Source: Flavobacteriales bacterium (lineage in GTDB: Bacteria; Bacteroidota; Bacteroidia; Flavobacteriales_F; PHOS-HE28). Taken from it: DNA of 64,000 bases. Shown here in pieces: positions 9,858 through 19,444 of this stretch. Location: positions 72,948 to 136,947 of the forward strand of contig JADJVC010000001.1 in NCBI GenBank assembly GCA_016710685.1, read 5' to 3'. The notes beneath the pieces are model-generated. The model worked only from the letters and a program-made list of their open reading frames with translations. It did not search any database and was not told the origin of the DNA. Position 1 is the first letter of the stretch. Every line of letters begins with the position of its first letter. The position numbers and the translations under genes were made by a program.

Positions 9858-11192
9858 TTAATTCCTATTGAACACCAGAGGCTTTGCAGGTGTAGTCTCG
9901 CGGATGTGGATCATTCCATTGAACTGCTCTTTGGCGATAATCCGGTCGGAACATCTCTTGTAATTCATGAAGACTGCTCCGATATCATAGGTCCGCTGTG
10001 GCGTTGTAAAAATGGGGTCATCAGTAGCGGAGAGGTCCATGAAGAACGCTACTTCCTTGGTTGTGTCAAAAGAGTTCGTCAACGTGTTCCTTTTGGATGG
10101 CGGTACCGTGCATGCCATCCGTCCTTTGTACATGTGCTTCCGCCGGAACACGTATTTGTAAGCCGTGCCATAAAGCGTGTTAGGTCCCTTGAAGGCTTGG
10201 AAGGAACCTTCGCTGAAGGTGAACCCGACCGCGTAATACTTCTCGTTGTAATCGTCCTTCAAGTATCCACCCATGGGGCGCATCACGGAGTTGTTAACGA
10301 TGGACTGGTTGATATGTCCGTTGTGCGCCCAAATGAACATTTTCGACTTCCGCTCCTGCTGGATCTGATGGATGTTGGCGGCCATGCAACTGTCGCGGAA
10401 GTTGTAGCCGGGGGAGAGGTTCTTTACCGCTTGGTCGAAGTTGTCAGAGCAGTGTTGCATCGTCAGGAACCGCGCGCTGGACGAGCTGGTTCGAATGGCC
10501 TCTTCATTCGTATTCAGCCAAGCCTCAAGGAGGGAATGCATCTGGTTCAACGTGTCGGAATAGTGCTGGTCCTTGTCCTGAAGTTTGTGGTAAAGTTCCA
10601 GTTCGGAATGTTGGACCACCGGGCTGATGATGGCTTGCAGTGCTTCCTTGTTCCCGATGTTCAACTTGCCGATGGACCGGCTCAAATACTGGATGGGTGT
10701 ATAAAAATTCTGCATGTCAAAGCCGTAGAACAGAACCTTGTCATCCTGCGCCCTTCCGGCGTTAAAGTCCTTGATCCAAAGTACAAGCTCCTTCATCTCT
10801 GCGTTCTGCCAAGTCCAGAAATCGAAATGCCTTAGAACGGAATCGATGTCACCGATGCCGGAATCGACATAGTCATTGATGGAACTGCATCCTCCGAACG
10901 AGTCTTCGATCCCGAAAATCCTATATCCGTGGTTCTGCACCAAATATTTGAAGGACTCCCGCTTGATGTCGAAGAACTCCTTTGTCCCATGTGTTGCTTC
11001 CCCCATGCCGAACACCAGCACATCGTCAAAACCGGCTTTAGACCGGAAGAAGTCGAAATAGAGGTTGGGGGCGCTTTTTTCGAAAGTATAGATTGTTTCA
11101 TCGGAGGATCCGATCTGCACTACCTCTTGGGAATCGGCCTTGCCAAAAAGGCATGCCATGAATAAGATGGAAAGGGGAGGTGCGATGGTCAT
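9858..11192 (-). CDS. erythromycin esterase (Ere) family protein
   Basis: 444 aa; family-typical N-terminus (VFGMGEATHGTKEF); lower GC than the flanks. Confidence 0.7.
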   Translation of the reverse strand: MTIAPPLSILFMACLFGKADSQEVVQIGSSDETIYTFEKSAPNLYFDFFRSKAGFDDVLVFGMGEATHGTKEFFDIKRESFKYLVQNHGYRIFGIEDSFGGCSSINDYVDSGIGDIDSVLRHFDFWTWQNAEMKELVLWIKDFNAGRAQDDKVLFYGFDMQNFYTPIQYLSRSIGKLNIGNKEALQAIISPVVQHSELELYHKLQDKDQHYSDTLNQMHSLLEAWLNTNEEAIRTSSSSARFLTMQHCSDNFDQAVKNLSPGYNFRDSCMAANIHQIQQERKSKMFIWAHNGHINQSIVNNSVMRPMGGYLKDDYNEKYYAVGFTFSEGSFQAFKGPNTLYGTAYKYVFRRKHMYKGRMACTVPPSKRNTLTNSFDTTKEVAFFMDLSATDDPIFTTPQRTYDIGAVFMNYKRCSDRIIAKEQFNGMIHIRETTPAKPLVFNRN

Positions 11193-11223
11193 GCAGGTGT
11201 GAAGGCGAGTCTTGGGTATTGTT

Positions 11224-11297
11224 ACAGTTGGACAGACTTCGCAAGTCTACTCCCCATACCGATAATGCCCAATCACCTTGTAGCCGAACAAACAATC
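11224..11297. repeat. 'A' repeat copy 1: palindrome AGACTTCGCAAGTCT plus duplicated DUF1287 3' end (encodes ..YKVIGHYRYGE)
   Basis: 74 bp with about 5 mismatches to 11482..11555. Confidence 0.85.
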
Positions 11298-11362
11298 GCT
11301 CGGCCTCCCGCAAGTGTTCCAGCCTTCCACATCGTGCGTTTCCACTTGGCTGGATCCCCAAT

Positions 11363-11485
11363 CTCTACCGCAAGTCTTCCCAGCCAACCAGAGATGGGGT
11401 TCCAGCATACTTAGCTGGGGCGACTTGTGGCAGCTCAGTCGTAGCGTACGGTCGCGTACCTGGAAGTCTTCAGACTTCAACACAG
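11363..11485. repeat. 'B' repeat copy 1 (123 bp)
   Basis: About 80% identical to 13223..13345; ends in the GGAAGTCTTCAGACTTC palindrome. Confidence 0.85.
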
Positions 11486-11555
11486 TTGGACAGACTTCGC
11501 AAGTCTACATCCCATACCGATAATGCCCAATAACCTTGAAGCTGAACAAACAATC
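11482..11555. repeat. 'A' repeat copy 2, covering the true 3' end of the DUF1287 gene plus 23 bp downstream
   Basis: See copy 1. Confidence 0.85.
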
Positions 11556-11933
11556 CTCAAGCACTTGCCCCGCACCAATGTTGTGGACCATCAAATGCCT
11601 TTTGCCATCCGCAGCCTTCCGGTTTGACACAATGCCAATGTGCGTGATGCCGCCTCCCAAGTTCCAACAAACAAGGTCTCCCGGCAGGTAGGTTTTCGGA
11701 TCTTGGAGAAGGTCCAGCTTCCTGTAGGCGCGGATCACAACATCGGTACACACGCCCTTGCTTGCCGGCACATCACCGTTCGGGTAGTCCAGCTTGAAGT
11801 AGGATGGATCGTAATGCACCGTTTGCTTCGTGAGCACTTCCGCAGAATCTGCGAGCTGGGTGTAGAAGTCAGTTTGACCTGAAACCGGAATGAGGGATAG
11901 TGACCAAAGCGATAGGAAGAGCAGAATTCTCAT
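11505..11933 (-). CDS. DUF1287 domain-containing protein, secreted
   Basis: Signal peptide; VHYDPSY..PNGDVP..GVCTDVVIRAY motif typical of DUF1287. Confidence 0.65.
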   Translation of the reverse strand: MRILLFLSLWSLSLIPVSGQTDFYTQLADSAEVLTKQTVHYDPSYFKLDYPNGDVPASKGVCTDVVIRAYRKLDLLQDPKTYLPGDLVCWNLGGGITHIGIVSNRKAADGKRHLMVHNIGAGQVLEDCLFSFKVIGHYRYGM

Positions 11934-12022
11934 CGTGCAGGAGTTATGCTACCCCCCTGTGTAATGGGTAACGGGCAAGGACACCGGAGCGTATTCACTC
12001 AAGTCCCGGTGTTGTCTTACCC

Positions 12023-13174
12023 CTAAAGCACAATGAACCTGATCTGTTCTGATGCATGATCCGTGATCACGTTCATCAGGTACACCCCGCTGGGTAGATC
12101 TTGAACATCAATGTTCGTCGTTCGCGCCTCAACACTTCCACTGGAGACCTTTGCACCAGTAACCGACAGGATCTCATAGGTTGTTCGCTCGCTGATCCGC
12201 GCAACGCTGAGGGTAATGCTTCCTTCACAAGGACTGGGGTATAGCTGATAGGAGACCTTGCTATCTAGAGCCATGGCATTGATACCGGTAGAGATATCCG
12301 GGCACGTGACATTGGTGAGGTAGTTGGACGCCACGGACGGAGTGTCCAGCAACAACGGGCAATAGCACGCATCGTCAATCAGGAAATGCTTCAGCCAGGA
12401 GAGGCCGATCTTGCCGACATATCCTTGGCCTCCTGTTGGACTGTTGGCTACTTCATGATCTCCATTCTCAATTTCAAAGATCAACTTGCTCGTTGTTTCC
12501 GGTGTCAGGTTGTAATGGATATCGGCATGTTGTGCCGGTGGTGCAATTACATCGTTCTCCGCACTGAAGATCAATACAGGGACAGGGTGGTCCAGTTCAG
12601 CAGCGGTGGTCTGGCTATCCAGCCAAGGACAGAGCGCCATAACGGCCTTTAAGGTCGGGTCTGCGGTCGCGGCAAGTTGTGCGCCGCCGCCACCCATGGA
12701 CCAACCACCAACTGCCATCCTATCGAGGTCCAGGTTGCCGACGAGCGGAGAACCGGATCTCGTGTTCTCCTCCGTTATGGTTACGATCGCATCCAGGAGG
12801 GCATCTCTTCTATCGTAAGGATCATCAAAGAGGCTATTGGTGCCTAAGGTCATGGCCACAATGCCATGCGAGGCCAAGAACGGACCCCAATCTTGGATCG
12901 ATGATTGAAAGGATATGAATCCGGGAACCATCGCAATGCTTGCAAAAGGGGGTGTTGCGTCCGTTGGGTAGTAGAGGGTGGCCCCCGAATAGTCCGGGCC
13001 ATTCCTCAAGCCGTTGGACTCGGTGAGGATACCTACGCTGTAAATTCCCGGGTCGGTAATGGAGTCCAGTGTCAACGGATCGCAGCTCTGTGCTTTGCTG
13101 GAACCAGCAAACATGGACAGACAAAGGAGCAGGTACATTCCTTTTGCGTGGACACACTTCTGGGTTCTGTTCAT
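12023..13174 (-). CDS. PETase-like polyesterase / dienelactone hydrolase family esterase with T9SS C-terminal sorting domain
   Basis: Collinear with IsPETase/cutinase-like enzymes: YYPTDA..IAMVPGF.SFQSSI.WGPFLASHGIVAMT, nucleophile elbow GWSMGGGG, FSAENDVIAP (Asp), FEIENGDHEVANS (His). C-terminal Por CTD (LYPSPCEGSITLSV..GVYLMNV). Alternative start at 13138. Confidence 0.8.
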   Translation of the reverse strand: MNRTQKCVHAKGMYLLLCLSMFAGSSKAQSCDPLTLDSITDPGIYSVGILTESNGLRNGPDYSGATLYYPTDATPPFASIAMVPGFISFQSSIQDWGPFLASHGIVAMTLGTNSLFDDPYDRRDALLDAIVTITEENTRSGSPLVGNLDLDRMAVGGWSMGGGGAQLAATADPTLKAVMALCPWLDSQTTAAELDHPVPVLIFSAENDVIAPPAQHADIHYNLTPETTSKLIFEIENGDHEVANSPTGGQGYVGKIGLSWLKHFLIDDACYCPLLLDTPSVASNYLTNVTCPDISTGINAMALDSKVSYQLYPSPCEGSITLSVARISERTTYEILSVTGAKVSSGSVEARTTNIDVQDLPSGVYLMNVITDHASEQIRFIVL

Positions 13175-13222
13175 TGCTCTTTGTTGAATGGGTCGAAGAT
13201 ATCGAATGCAAACGCGACCATG

Positions 13223-13345
13223 CTCTACCGCACGTCTTCCCAGCCAACCCGATCTGGAGTTCCAACAAACAGAGCTGGGGCGACTTGTGGCACCTCAGTC
13301 TTGATGTACGGTTGTTCTGCTGGAAGTCTTCAGACTTCAACACAG
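13223..13345. repeat. 'B' repeat copy 2 (123 bp), 48 bp upstream of the PETase-like gene
   Basis: Aligns to 11363..11485. Confidence 0.85.
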
Positions 13346-13532
13346 ACCGGTAACTCAGCAATAGCTTTGGATTTCAGAAGCCCACAAGTCGCTCCGGCCT
13401 GTACTTGGCAAGAACACACTTTATTACTGGGCCGGGAAGGCTTTAGGGAGGGCTGGAGAGGGTGGGTAACATTGTGCTCCCGACAAGCAACCCGTTCAAC
13501 GGAACATACTGCACCGGAGGAGGAAATCTCGT

Positions 13533-14441
13533 TCAAGCAACGGCTTTGATCACCGCGCCGATATGGTTCATGGCTTTGCCGTAGGTCTCTATGCCATGTC
13601 CCACCTGATGGAAGACCTTCACATCCTTAAGCGTCTTGATGTGCTTTTTCGCATTTTCAATGGACCTTTGGAACGGAAAGAGCAGGTCCTTATCCCCTTC
13701 AAGTAGGTAGGTGTCCACTTTAACCTCTCCCAACTGACCGTTCATATAATATGGCTTTTGCGTCTTGTCCTTATAGCGACTGATGGCGAACAACTCATAG
13801 TCGACCAACAAGTTCTCGCTCGCTGTGGACAGGGTGTGTTCCGGTTTTGAGAATACTGCTTTGTCCAGGAATTTTCGCACGTTTGCTGCAGTTGGTTGGA
13901 TGATCGGGAGCAGATTATAATAGAGGTTTTTCGGAGTCATTGAAAACGGCTGCAAGCAGCCGGGGTTCAAGAGGAAGGCGGCTTTCACCTTTTCAGGCTG
14001 TACAATACCAAGCTTCATGCAGATCAGCCCACCGAACGATGCGCCTGCAACAAAAGTCTTCTCGACCCCTAAATGGTCCAATATTTCAGCTGCCCAAATT
14101 CCGTAATCCAATGAATGAATGTCCGGCGTGTCCCCATGGCTCAGATTGGGCAGTCCGTTGGTCTCCACCATAAAGATGCGCAATTTGCTGTTCAAGTTGT
14201 CCAGCCCTCTATCCAGGTCCCAGATCAATGAGGTCGTTCGTGCACCAGGAAAAATAACGAGCGTTTCAACATCGGGCTCCGCCGTGTTCAGGCCCCAAAC
14301 ATGTGTCTTGCCAAGGGAGGACGGGACTTCAAAGCGTTCGTAGTTTCTCGCGTTATGTGCCTCCAGCTGTTCCACCCATTTTTCAAAGGAGCGAACGTCC
14401 GCTTTCTCATCCTTGAACTTCGATTTGCTCTTAATCTTCAT
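13533..14441 (-). CDS. alpha/beta hydrolase fold protein
   Basis: 302 aa; GASFGG nucleophile elbow, C-terminal His; lower GC. Confidence 0.65.
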   Translation of the reverse strand: MKIKSKSKFKDEKADVRSFEKWVEQLEAHNARNYERFEVPSSLGKTHVWGLNTAEPDVETLVIFPGARTTSLIWDLDRGLDNLNSKLRIFMVETNGLPNLSHGDTPDIHSLDYGIWAAEILDHLGVEKTFVAGASFGGLICMKLGIVQPEKVKAAFLLNPGCLQPFSMTPKNLYYNLLPIIQPTAANVRKFLDKAVFSKPEHTLSTASENLLVDYELFAISRYKDKTQKPYYMNGQLGEVKVDTYLLEGDKDLLFPFQRSIENAKKHIKTLKDVKVFHQVGHGIETYGKAMNHIGAVIKAVA

Positions 14442-14598
14442 TTGCGCTCCTCGTCTGGTTCGGTTTCCTTCAAAGCTGCGAATTTATCGGCCATCTCAAT
14501 TAGTGCATTTACCAATTGGTGTCAGTACCAATGAAACCTAGCAATTTAATGCTGTGCCCAGTTTCTCCGCCGTTCTGGTGGAAGACACTGCGAGGAAC

Positions 14599-17166
14599 TC
14601 AATACAACAACTCATTCCCACCCCCAAAAGGCTTCCGCAGCTCGTACTTCAGATCGTGCAGCACACTCGCCTTCACGTTGATCCGGAACGTAAAGCTTTT
14701 CCGCACGCCCAATGGGATCACGTTCGCGTTGAATTCCCAGCAGTGCAGGTCCCAGTAGAGGTTGAGCGAGGTGGGCGTCCATTCGCCGGCTTCCATGTCG
14801 TAGCCGCTGCTGAAGCCGAGTTTCCAGTATTTGAGGATGTTGAGGTCGCCGCTGAAGAGCACGCTTTGCGTTTGCTGTTCGGTGTATTCGGCTACTTGGT
14901 ACGCCCGCGCCATGGACCAGCTGTAGTTGACGCGCACATGCCACGGGATGCTGAAATTCACCTTCGCGCCTTTGCTGGGGTCGGCTTCCGCTACGACTTG
15001 GTCGTCGCTGCTGCTTCCCGCGAGGGGCTTGCCGTAGCGCTTGCTTTGCAGCTCGAAGCCCAGGGCGGCGTTGGCGTTCGTTAAATGCGCGAGCGCGCCG
15101 TCCGCCGTGCGTGCGGAGCGGTTGATGCGCTGGCCCAACGCGTTGGTGGCATACGGGTCGAAGGCTGCGGCAACGTTCAGGTCCAGGAAGTTGAACAGGC
15201 GCGTGCGGGCAGCGGTGCTCACGGGCGACCAGCGCACGGAATCCTTCAGCAGGTCGTAGTTGGCGTTGATGCCTAAGTAGTCCAGCAATTTCAGCTTTTT
15301 CATTACCGCTTCACCTTTGGCATCGGGCTTTTTGGACAGCACTTTTCCTTCGAGGCTTTGCACAAGGCCTAGTGAAACAAGCCCGCTGGCGTTGGGGTTT
15401 GGCGTGCCGTAAATGCCGATGTCGTAGGGCGAATAGGAACTCTCCGCTCCGCTTGGGCCGTAGGGGCCGAAGATGCGCGTGTCGTTTCCCGGCAGATAGG
15501 TGAGCGCGGCGCTGGGCGTAATGACGTGGCGGATCTGTTTCAGCCTTCCGCCGCGGAACACGTACATGCCGTAAAGCTTGCTGGTGGCGGTGGCGCCGAT
15601 GCTCCAGTCGAAGGTGTTGTTGATGCCGGCAACGGTGTCGGTGAGCAGCGTGTCCGTGGCCTGCACGTAGGTTTTTCGCAGGGCATCGAAGTAGGTGCGG
15701 TCGGTGATGTTGAGCTGCGGATTCAGCGTGAAGGCGCGCGTTTTGAACGAGGTGCTCACCGTGCCGGTATGCCGCACACCGTTGCGCATGCGGTCCAGCA
15801 AATTCGGGATGTTGGCAATGCTGATCTGGTCTTCCGTGGTGTTGAGCCGGTTCTCGAAAACGCTGCTCCACGTTACGCCGATGTTCTCGTACCACTTCGG
15901 CGCACCGGCCGCAGGCTTGCCGAACCACGTGCCGGGGAAGAAGCGCTGCACGTTGAAATTCACCGAGGGCAGCGTTACGTCGAAGGTGCGGTTAAGCGTG
16001 TTCTGGCTGTGCCGCGCGCCCACGCTCAGGCTGTACGGTTTGCCCGTCCACAGGTGGTTCCAGGTGATGTTGCTCTGGAAGGTGTTGCTCAAATAATCCT
16101 GCGTGGTGCTGTTGAAGTTGTTGGTGAAATTCTGGCTGGAACCCGCGTTCACGCTGGCGTTAAAGCGGTCGGTGAGGCTGGCTTTGGGGTCGAGCAAATG
16201 GTTCCAGCGGATAAAAAACGTACGCTGCTCGCTGAAATCCGGGTATTCCTGAATGCTGTTGAGCTTGTCGCTGTACTGCAGGTCCATGGAGCCGCTGAAG
16301 CGGTAGCGCTGCTTGTAGCGCGTTACGGAGCGCAGGCCCCAACTGCCCCGGCTGTAGATGTCCGCCGTGAGCTGCTCGTCGAAGTTGTCGCCCAGGGGCA
16401 GATAATAGCCGCCGTTCAGCAGGTACAAGCCGTATTGGTCGCTGGTGCCCCAACTGGGAATGAGCAGGCCCGCGCTGCCGCCCTTGTGGTTGGGGAAGAG
16501 GCCGAAAGGCACCACCAACGGCGTGGGAATTTTGCCGATCTTCATGTACGCGGGCCCCGCTACGATCTTGTCGTCCGGTATCACGATCATGCGGCTTACG
16601 GCGAACTGGTAGTGGGGGTGGGGCCGGTCGCACGTGGTGAGCCTGCCGCCCAAGCTGTGTATTTCGCCGTTCGCGTGGCGCTTGCTTACGCGGGCCAGCG
16701 CATAGAGCTGCGATTCCTGCGTGCGCACTTCCTTGATCAAGCCTTCCTTGGTGTCGAAATTGTAGCGGATGCTGTCCGCCGTTACGTCTTGACCGCCTTG
16801 CGTGAACGTGGGCGCGCCCGCTGGGTTTCCGGTGCTGTCCAAGGTGCCGAATGCCTGCACTTCGTTCTTCGCCAAGTCCAGCAAAATGCGGTCCGCCTGC
16901 AGCACCACATCCCCGTATTCCACCTTGGCGGCACCAAAGAGGTACACGGTTTGCAAGGCCACGTCGTATCGCATGCTGTCGCGCGCACTGTACTTCACTT
17001 CATCCCCCAAGCCTTGCGCCTGTGCGGACATCCCCGCCATTCCTAACAATACCGTGATGAAAATGCACCTCGCCACGCTGGAAAGCCTCACCACGGTGGG
17101 GCTACCTTCGCGCTCGCCGCTGAAAAGGGCGGCACGGATCGCGGTTATGCGGGGTGAAAAAATCAT
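14599..17166 (-). CDS. lptD: LPS-assembly protein LptD-like (OstA N-terminal domain plus large beta-barrel)
   Basis: 855 aa; OstA-like N-terminus (YDVALQTVYLFGAAKVEYGDVVLQADRILLD); typical Bacteroidota LptD length. Probable true start near 17040 (MAGMSAQAQG). Confidence 0.7.
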   Translation of the reverse strand: MIFSPRITAIRAALFSGEREGSPTVVRLSSVARCIFITVLLGMAGMSAQAQGLGDEVKYSARDSMRYDVALQTVYLFGAAKVEYGDVVLQADRILLDLAKNEVQAFGTLDSTGNPAGAPTFTQGGQDVTADSIRYNFDTKEGLIKEVRTQESQLYALARVSKRHANGEIHSLGGRLTTCDRPHPHYQFAVSRMIVIPDDKIVAGPAYMKIGKIPTPLVVPFGLFPNHKGGSAGLLIPSWGTSDQYGLYLLNGGYYLPLGDNFDEQLTADIYSRGSWGLRSVTRYKQRYRFSGSMDLQYSDKLNSIQEYPDFSEQRTFFIRWNHLLDPKASLTDRFNASVNAGSSQNFTNNFNSTTQDYLSNTFQSNITWNHLWTGKPYSLSVGARHSQNTLNRTFDVTLPSVNFNVQRFFPGTWFGKPAAGAPKWYENIGVTWSSVFENRLNTTEDQISIANIPNLLDRMRNGVRHTGTVSTSFKTRAFTLNPQLNITDRTYFDALRKTYVQATDTLLTDTVAGINNTFDWSIGATATSKLYGMYVFRGGRLKQIRHVITPSAALTYLPGNDTRIFGPYGPSGAESSYSPYDIGIYGTPNPNASGLVSLGLVQSLEGKVLSKKPDAKGEAVMKKLKLLDYLGINANYDLLKDSVRWSPVSTAARTRLFNFLDLNVAAAFDPYATNALGQRINRSARTADGALAHLTNANAALGFELQSKRYGKPLAGSSSDDQVVAEADPSKGAKVNFSIPWHVRVNYSWSMARAYQVAEYTEQQTQSVLFSGDLNILKYWKLGFSSGYDMEAGEWTPTSLNLYWDLHCWEFNANVIPLGVRKSFTFRINVKASVLHDLKYELRKPFGGGNELLY

Positions 17167-18385
17167 TCAATTCTTTGGCGGCGCTGCGGCGCCGAAAGTA
17201 GCTGTTGCACGCTGTGCGGGCCTGAACGCGCCGATGGGCGCAGCATTGCGTGCGGTGGTTTTTCCGGCGATTTTTGTTTTCGGTATGGCGCAAATTTTCG
17301 CTCAGGGGTCGCCGAGCGGAGTCGAGGCGCCCCCTAAGGACGCCAACTACGTAGGCACCGTGGTGCTGGACGCAGGCCACGGCGGCAAAGATCCCGGCAA
17401 CCTCGGCACCAAACGCTACAAGACCACCGAGAAGGATGTCGCGCTGGCTGTTACGCTCGCGGTGGGCAAGTACATCAACGAGAATTTGCCCGACGTGAAG
17501 GTGCTCTACACCCGGGAGGACGACCGCTTCATCGAACTGATGGAGCGCAACAACATCGCCAACCGCAACAAGGCCGACGTCTTCATCAGCATCCACTGCA
17601 ACGCCAACAGCAACGCGGACCCGCACGGTTGCGAAACCTATGTGATGGGCCTGCACAAAACCGAGGCCAACATGAAGGTGGCCATGAAGGAGAACGAATC
17701 CATCCTGCTGGAAGCGGACCATGCATTGAAATACGACGGTTACGACCCGAAGGACCCCGAGAGCATGATCGCGTTGAGCCTGCGCCAGAACGCTTACATC
17801 GACCACAGCCTGCTGCTGAGCTCACTCGTACAAGAACAGTTCAAAGAGCGCGTGGGCCGCGTGAACCGGGGGGTGAAGCAGGCCGGTTTCCTTGTGATCA
17901 GCTACACCACCATGCCTGCGGTGCTCATCGAGCTGGGTTTCCTCACCAATGCCAACGAGGAAGACTTCCTGCAAAGCAAAAAAGGGCAGGATTACATGGC
18001 TTCCGCGATCTACCGCGCCTTCAAGGACTACAAGAACCAGATAGAGCACAAGGACGTTTCCTTCGCACCCGCCAAGCCCGACAGCGCAGCCGTGGATTCG
18101 GCGAAAGCCGCTGCCAGCAAGGGTTCCGGCGTGGTGTTCAAAGTCCAGATCATCACCAGCAGCAAGCAGATCCCGAAGGGTTCGTCCAAGTTCAACGGCC
18201 TGGATGCGGAGGAAATGAAAGCCTCCGACCTGTGGAAATACAGCGTGGGTGCCGAACCAACGCTGCAAGCTGCGCGTATTGTCCAGGAGAAATGCAAGGC
18301 CAAAGGCTTCACCGGCGCTTTCATCACGGCGTGGAAGGACGGAAAACGCATCGAACTTCAACAAGCCGTTAACTTGGGCCGGTAA
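17147..18385 (+). CDS. N-acetylmuramoyl-L-alanine amidase (Amidase_3) with C-terminal SPOR domain
   Basis: VVLDAGHGG..DPG, ISIHCNA and GFLTNANEE motifs; C-terminal SPOR-like fold; alternative start 17234 with a cleaner signal peptide. Confidence 0.8.
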   Translation: MRGEKIIQFFGGAAAPKVAVARCAGLNAPMGAALRAVVFPAIFVFGMAQIFAQGSPSGVEAPPKDANYVGTVVLDAGHGGKDPGNLGTKRYKTTEKDVALAVTLAVGKYINENLPDVKVLYTREDDRFIELMERNNIANRNKADVFISIHCNANSNADPHGCETYVMGLHKTEANMKVAMKENESILLEADHALKYDGYDPKDPESMIALSLRQNAYIDHSLLLSSLVQEQFKERVGRVNRGVKQAGFLVISYTTMPAVLIELGFLTNANEEDFLQSKKGQDYMASAIYRAFKDYKNQIEHKDVSFAPAKPDSAAVDSAKAAASKGSGVVFKVQIITSSKQIPKGSSKFNGLDAEEMKASDLWKYSVGAEPTLQAARIVQEKCKAKGFTGAFITAWKDGKRIELQQAVNLGR

Positions 18386-18421
18386 TTTCCGGACCGCGAA
18401 CACTTAGCACCCCCCATTCCT

Positions 18422-19444
18422 TTGCCAGCTTTCAAACGCCAGTATTCCATTGCCCTCATGGTCCTCGGGGGCATTGTGCTGCTCATCTTCGGCATTAACT
18501 ACCTCAAGGGGTTGGACCTGCTGCAGCGCCGAAACATTTACCACGCGGTGTATCCCGATGTTTCGGGCATCAACGATGCCACGCCAGTGGTGTACCACGG
18601 CTATAAAGTGGGTCAGGTGATCGGTACGGAATTGATGCCCGACGGCAGCGGTCGCATCGATGTTTCCTTCCAGATCAATGAAGACCGGCTGAAGATCACC
18701 AAGGACTCCAAGGCCGAACTCTTCAGCGCGGACCTGTTCAGCCGCGCTGTGCGCATACAGCTTGGCACAGGAGCACTTGCCGAACGCGGAGATACCCTGC
18801 ACGGCGGTGCGGAAATGAGCCTTACGGAATCGGTAAGCTCGCAGATCGACCCGCTGAAAAGGAAAGCCGAAACCATGCTCGCCAACGTGGATTCTGTGCT
18901 AACTTCCTTCCAGTTGATCCTGAATGAAAATGCGCGCGGCGATATTGATGCCAGCTTCACCAACCTGCGCGGCACGCTGGAGAACATCAACGCCACCACG
19001 AAGAAACTGGATGACCTGGTGGGCAAGGAAAGCAACCGCATCAGCAGCATCATGGCCAATGTGGACAAGGTGAGCGGGAATTTGGCCGCGAACAATGAGC
19101 ACCTTACCAACATCCTCGCCAACGCGGACAGCGCCACCGCGGCGCTCGCCAACGGCCGCCTGGAACGCATGATGGCCAACCTCGAAGGCACTTCCAATGA
19201 GCTAAAGGCCACCATGGACAAGATCAACGGTGGCGAAGGCACGCTGGGCAAGTTGATGACCGACGACAGCCTCTATGTGAACCTCAACGCCGCCACGCAT
19301 CAGATGGACCTGTTGATGGAAGATCTCCGCTTAAACCCGCACCGCTACCTCAGCATTTTCGGTCGCAAAGACAAATTGCCCAAGCTGAGCGGCAGCGACG
19401 TTGAACGCATCCGCGAAGCCTATCCACCGAAGACAACGCCATGA
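18422..19444 (+). CDS. MlaD/MCE family protein
   Basis: N-terminal transmembrane helix plus Mce domain, followed by a long coiled-coil tail. Confidence 0.7.
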   Translation: MPAFKRQYSIALMVLGGIVLLIFGINYLKGLDLLQRRNIYHAVYPDVSGINDATPVVYHGYKVGQVIGTELMPDGSGRIDVSFQINEDRLKITKDSKAELFSADLFSRAVRIQLGTGALAERGDTLHGGAEMSLTESVSSQIDPLKRKAETMLANVDSVLTSFQLILNENARGDIDASFTNLRGTLENINATTKKLDDLVGKESNRISSIMANVDKVSGNLAANNEHLTNILANADSATAALANGRLERMMANLEGTSNELKATMDKINGGEGTLGKLMTDDSLYVNLNAATHQMDLLMEDLRLNPHRYLSIFGRKDKLPKLSGSDVERIREAYPPKTTP

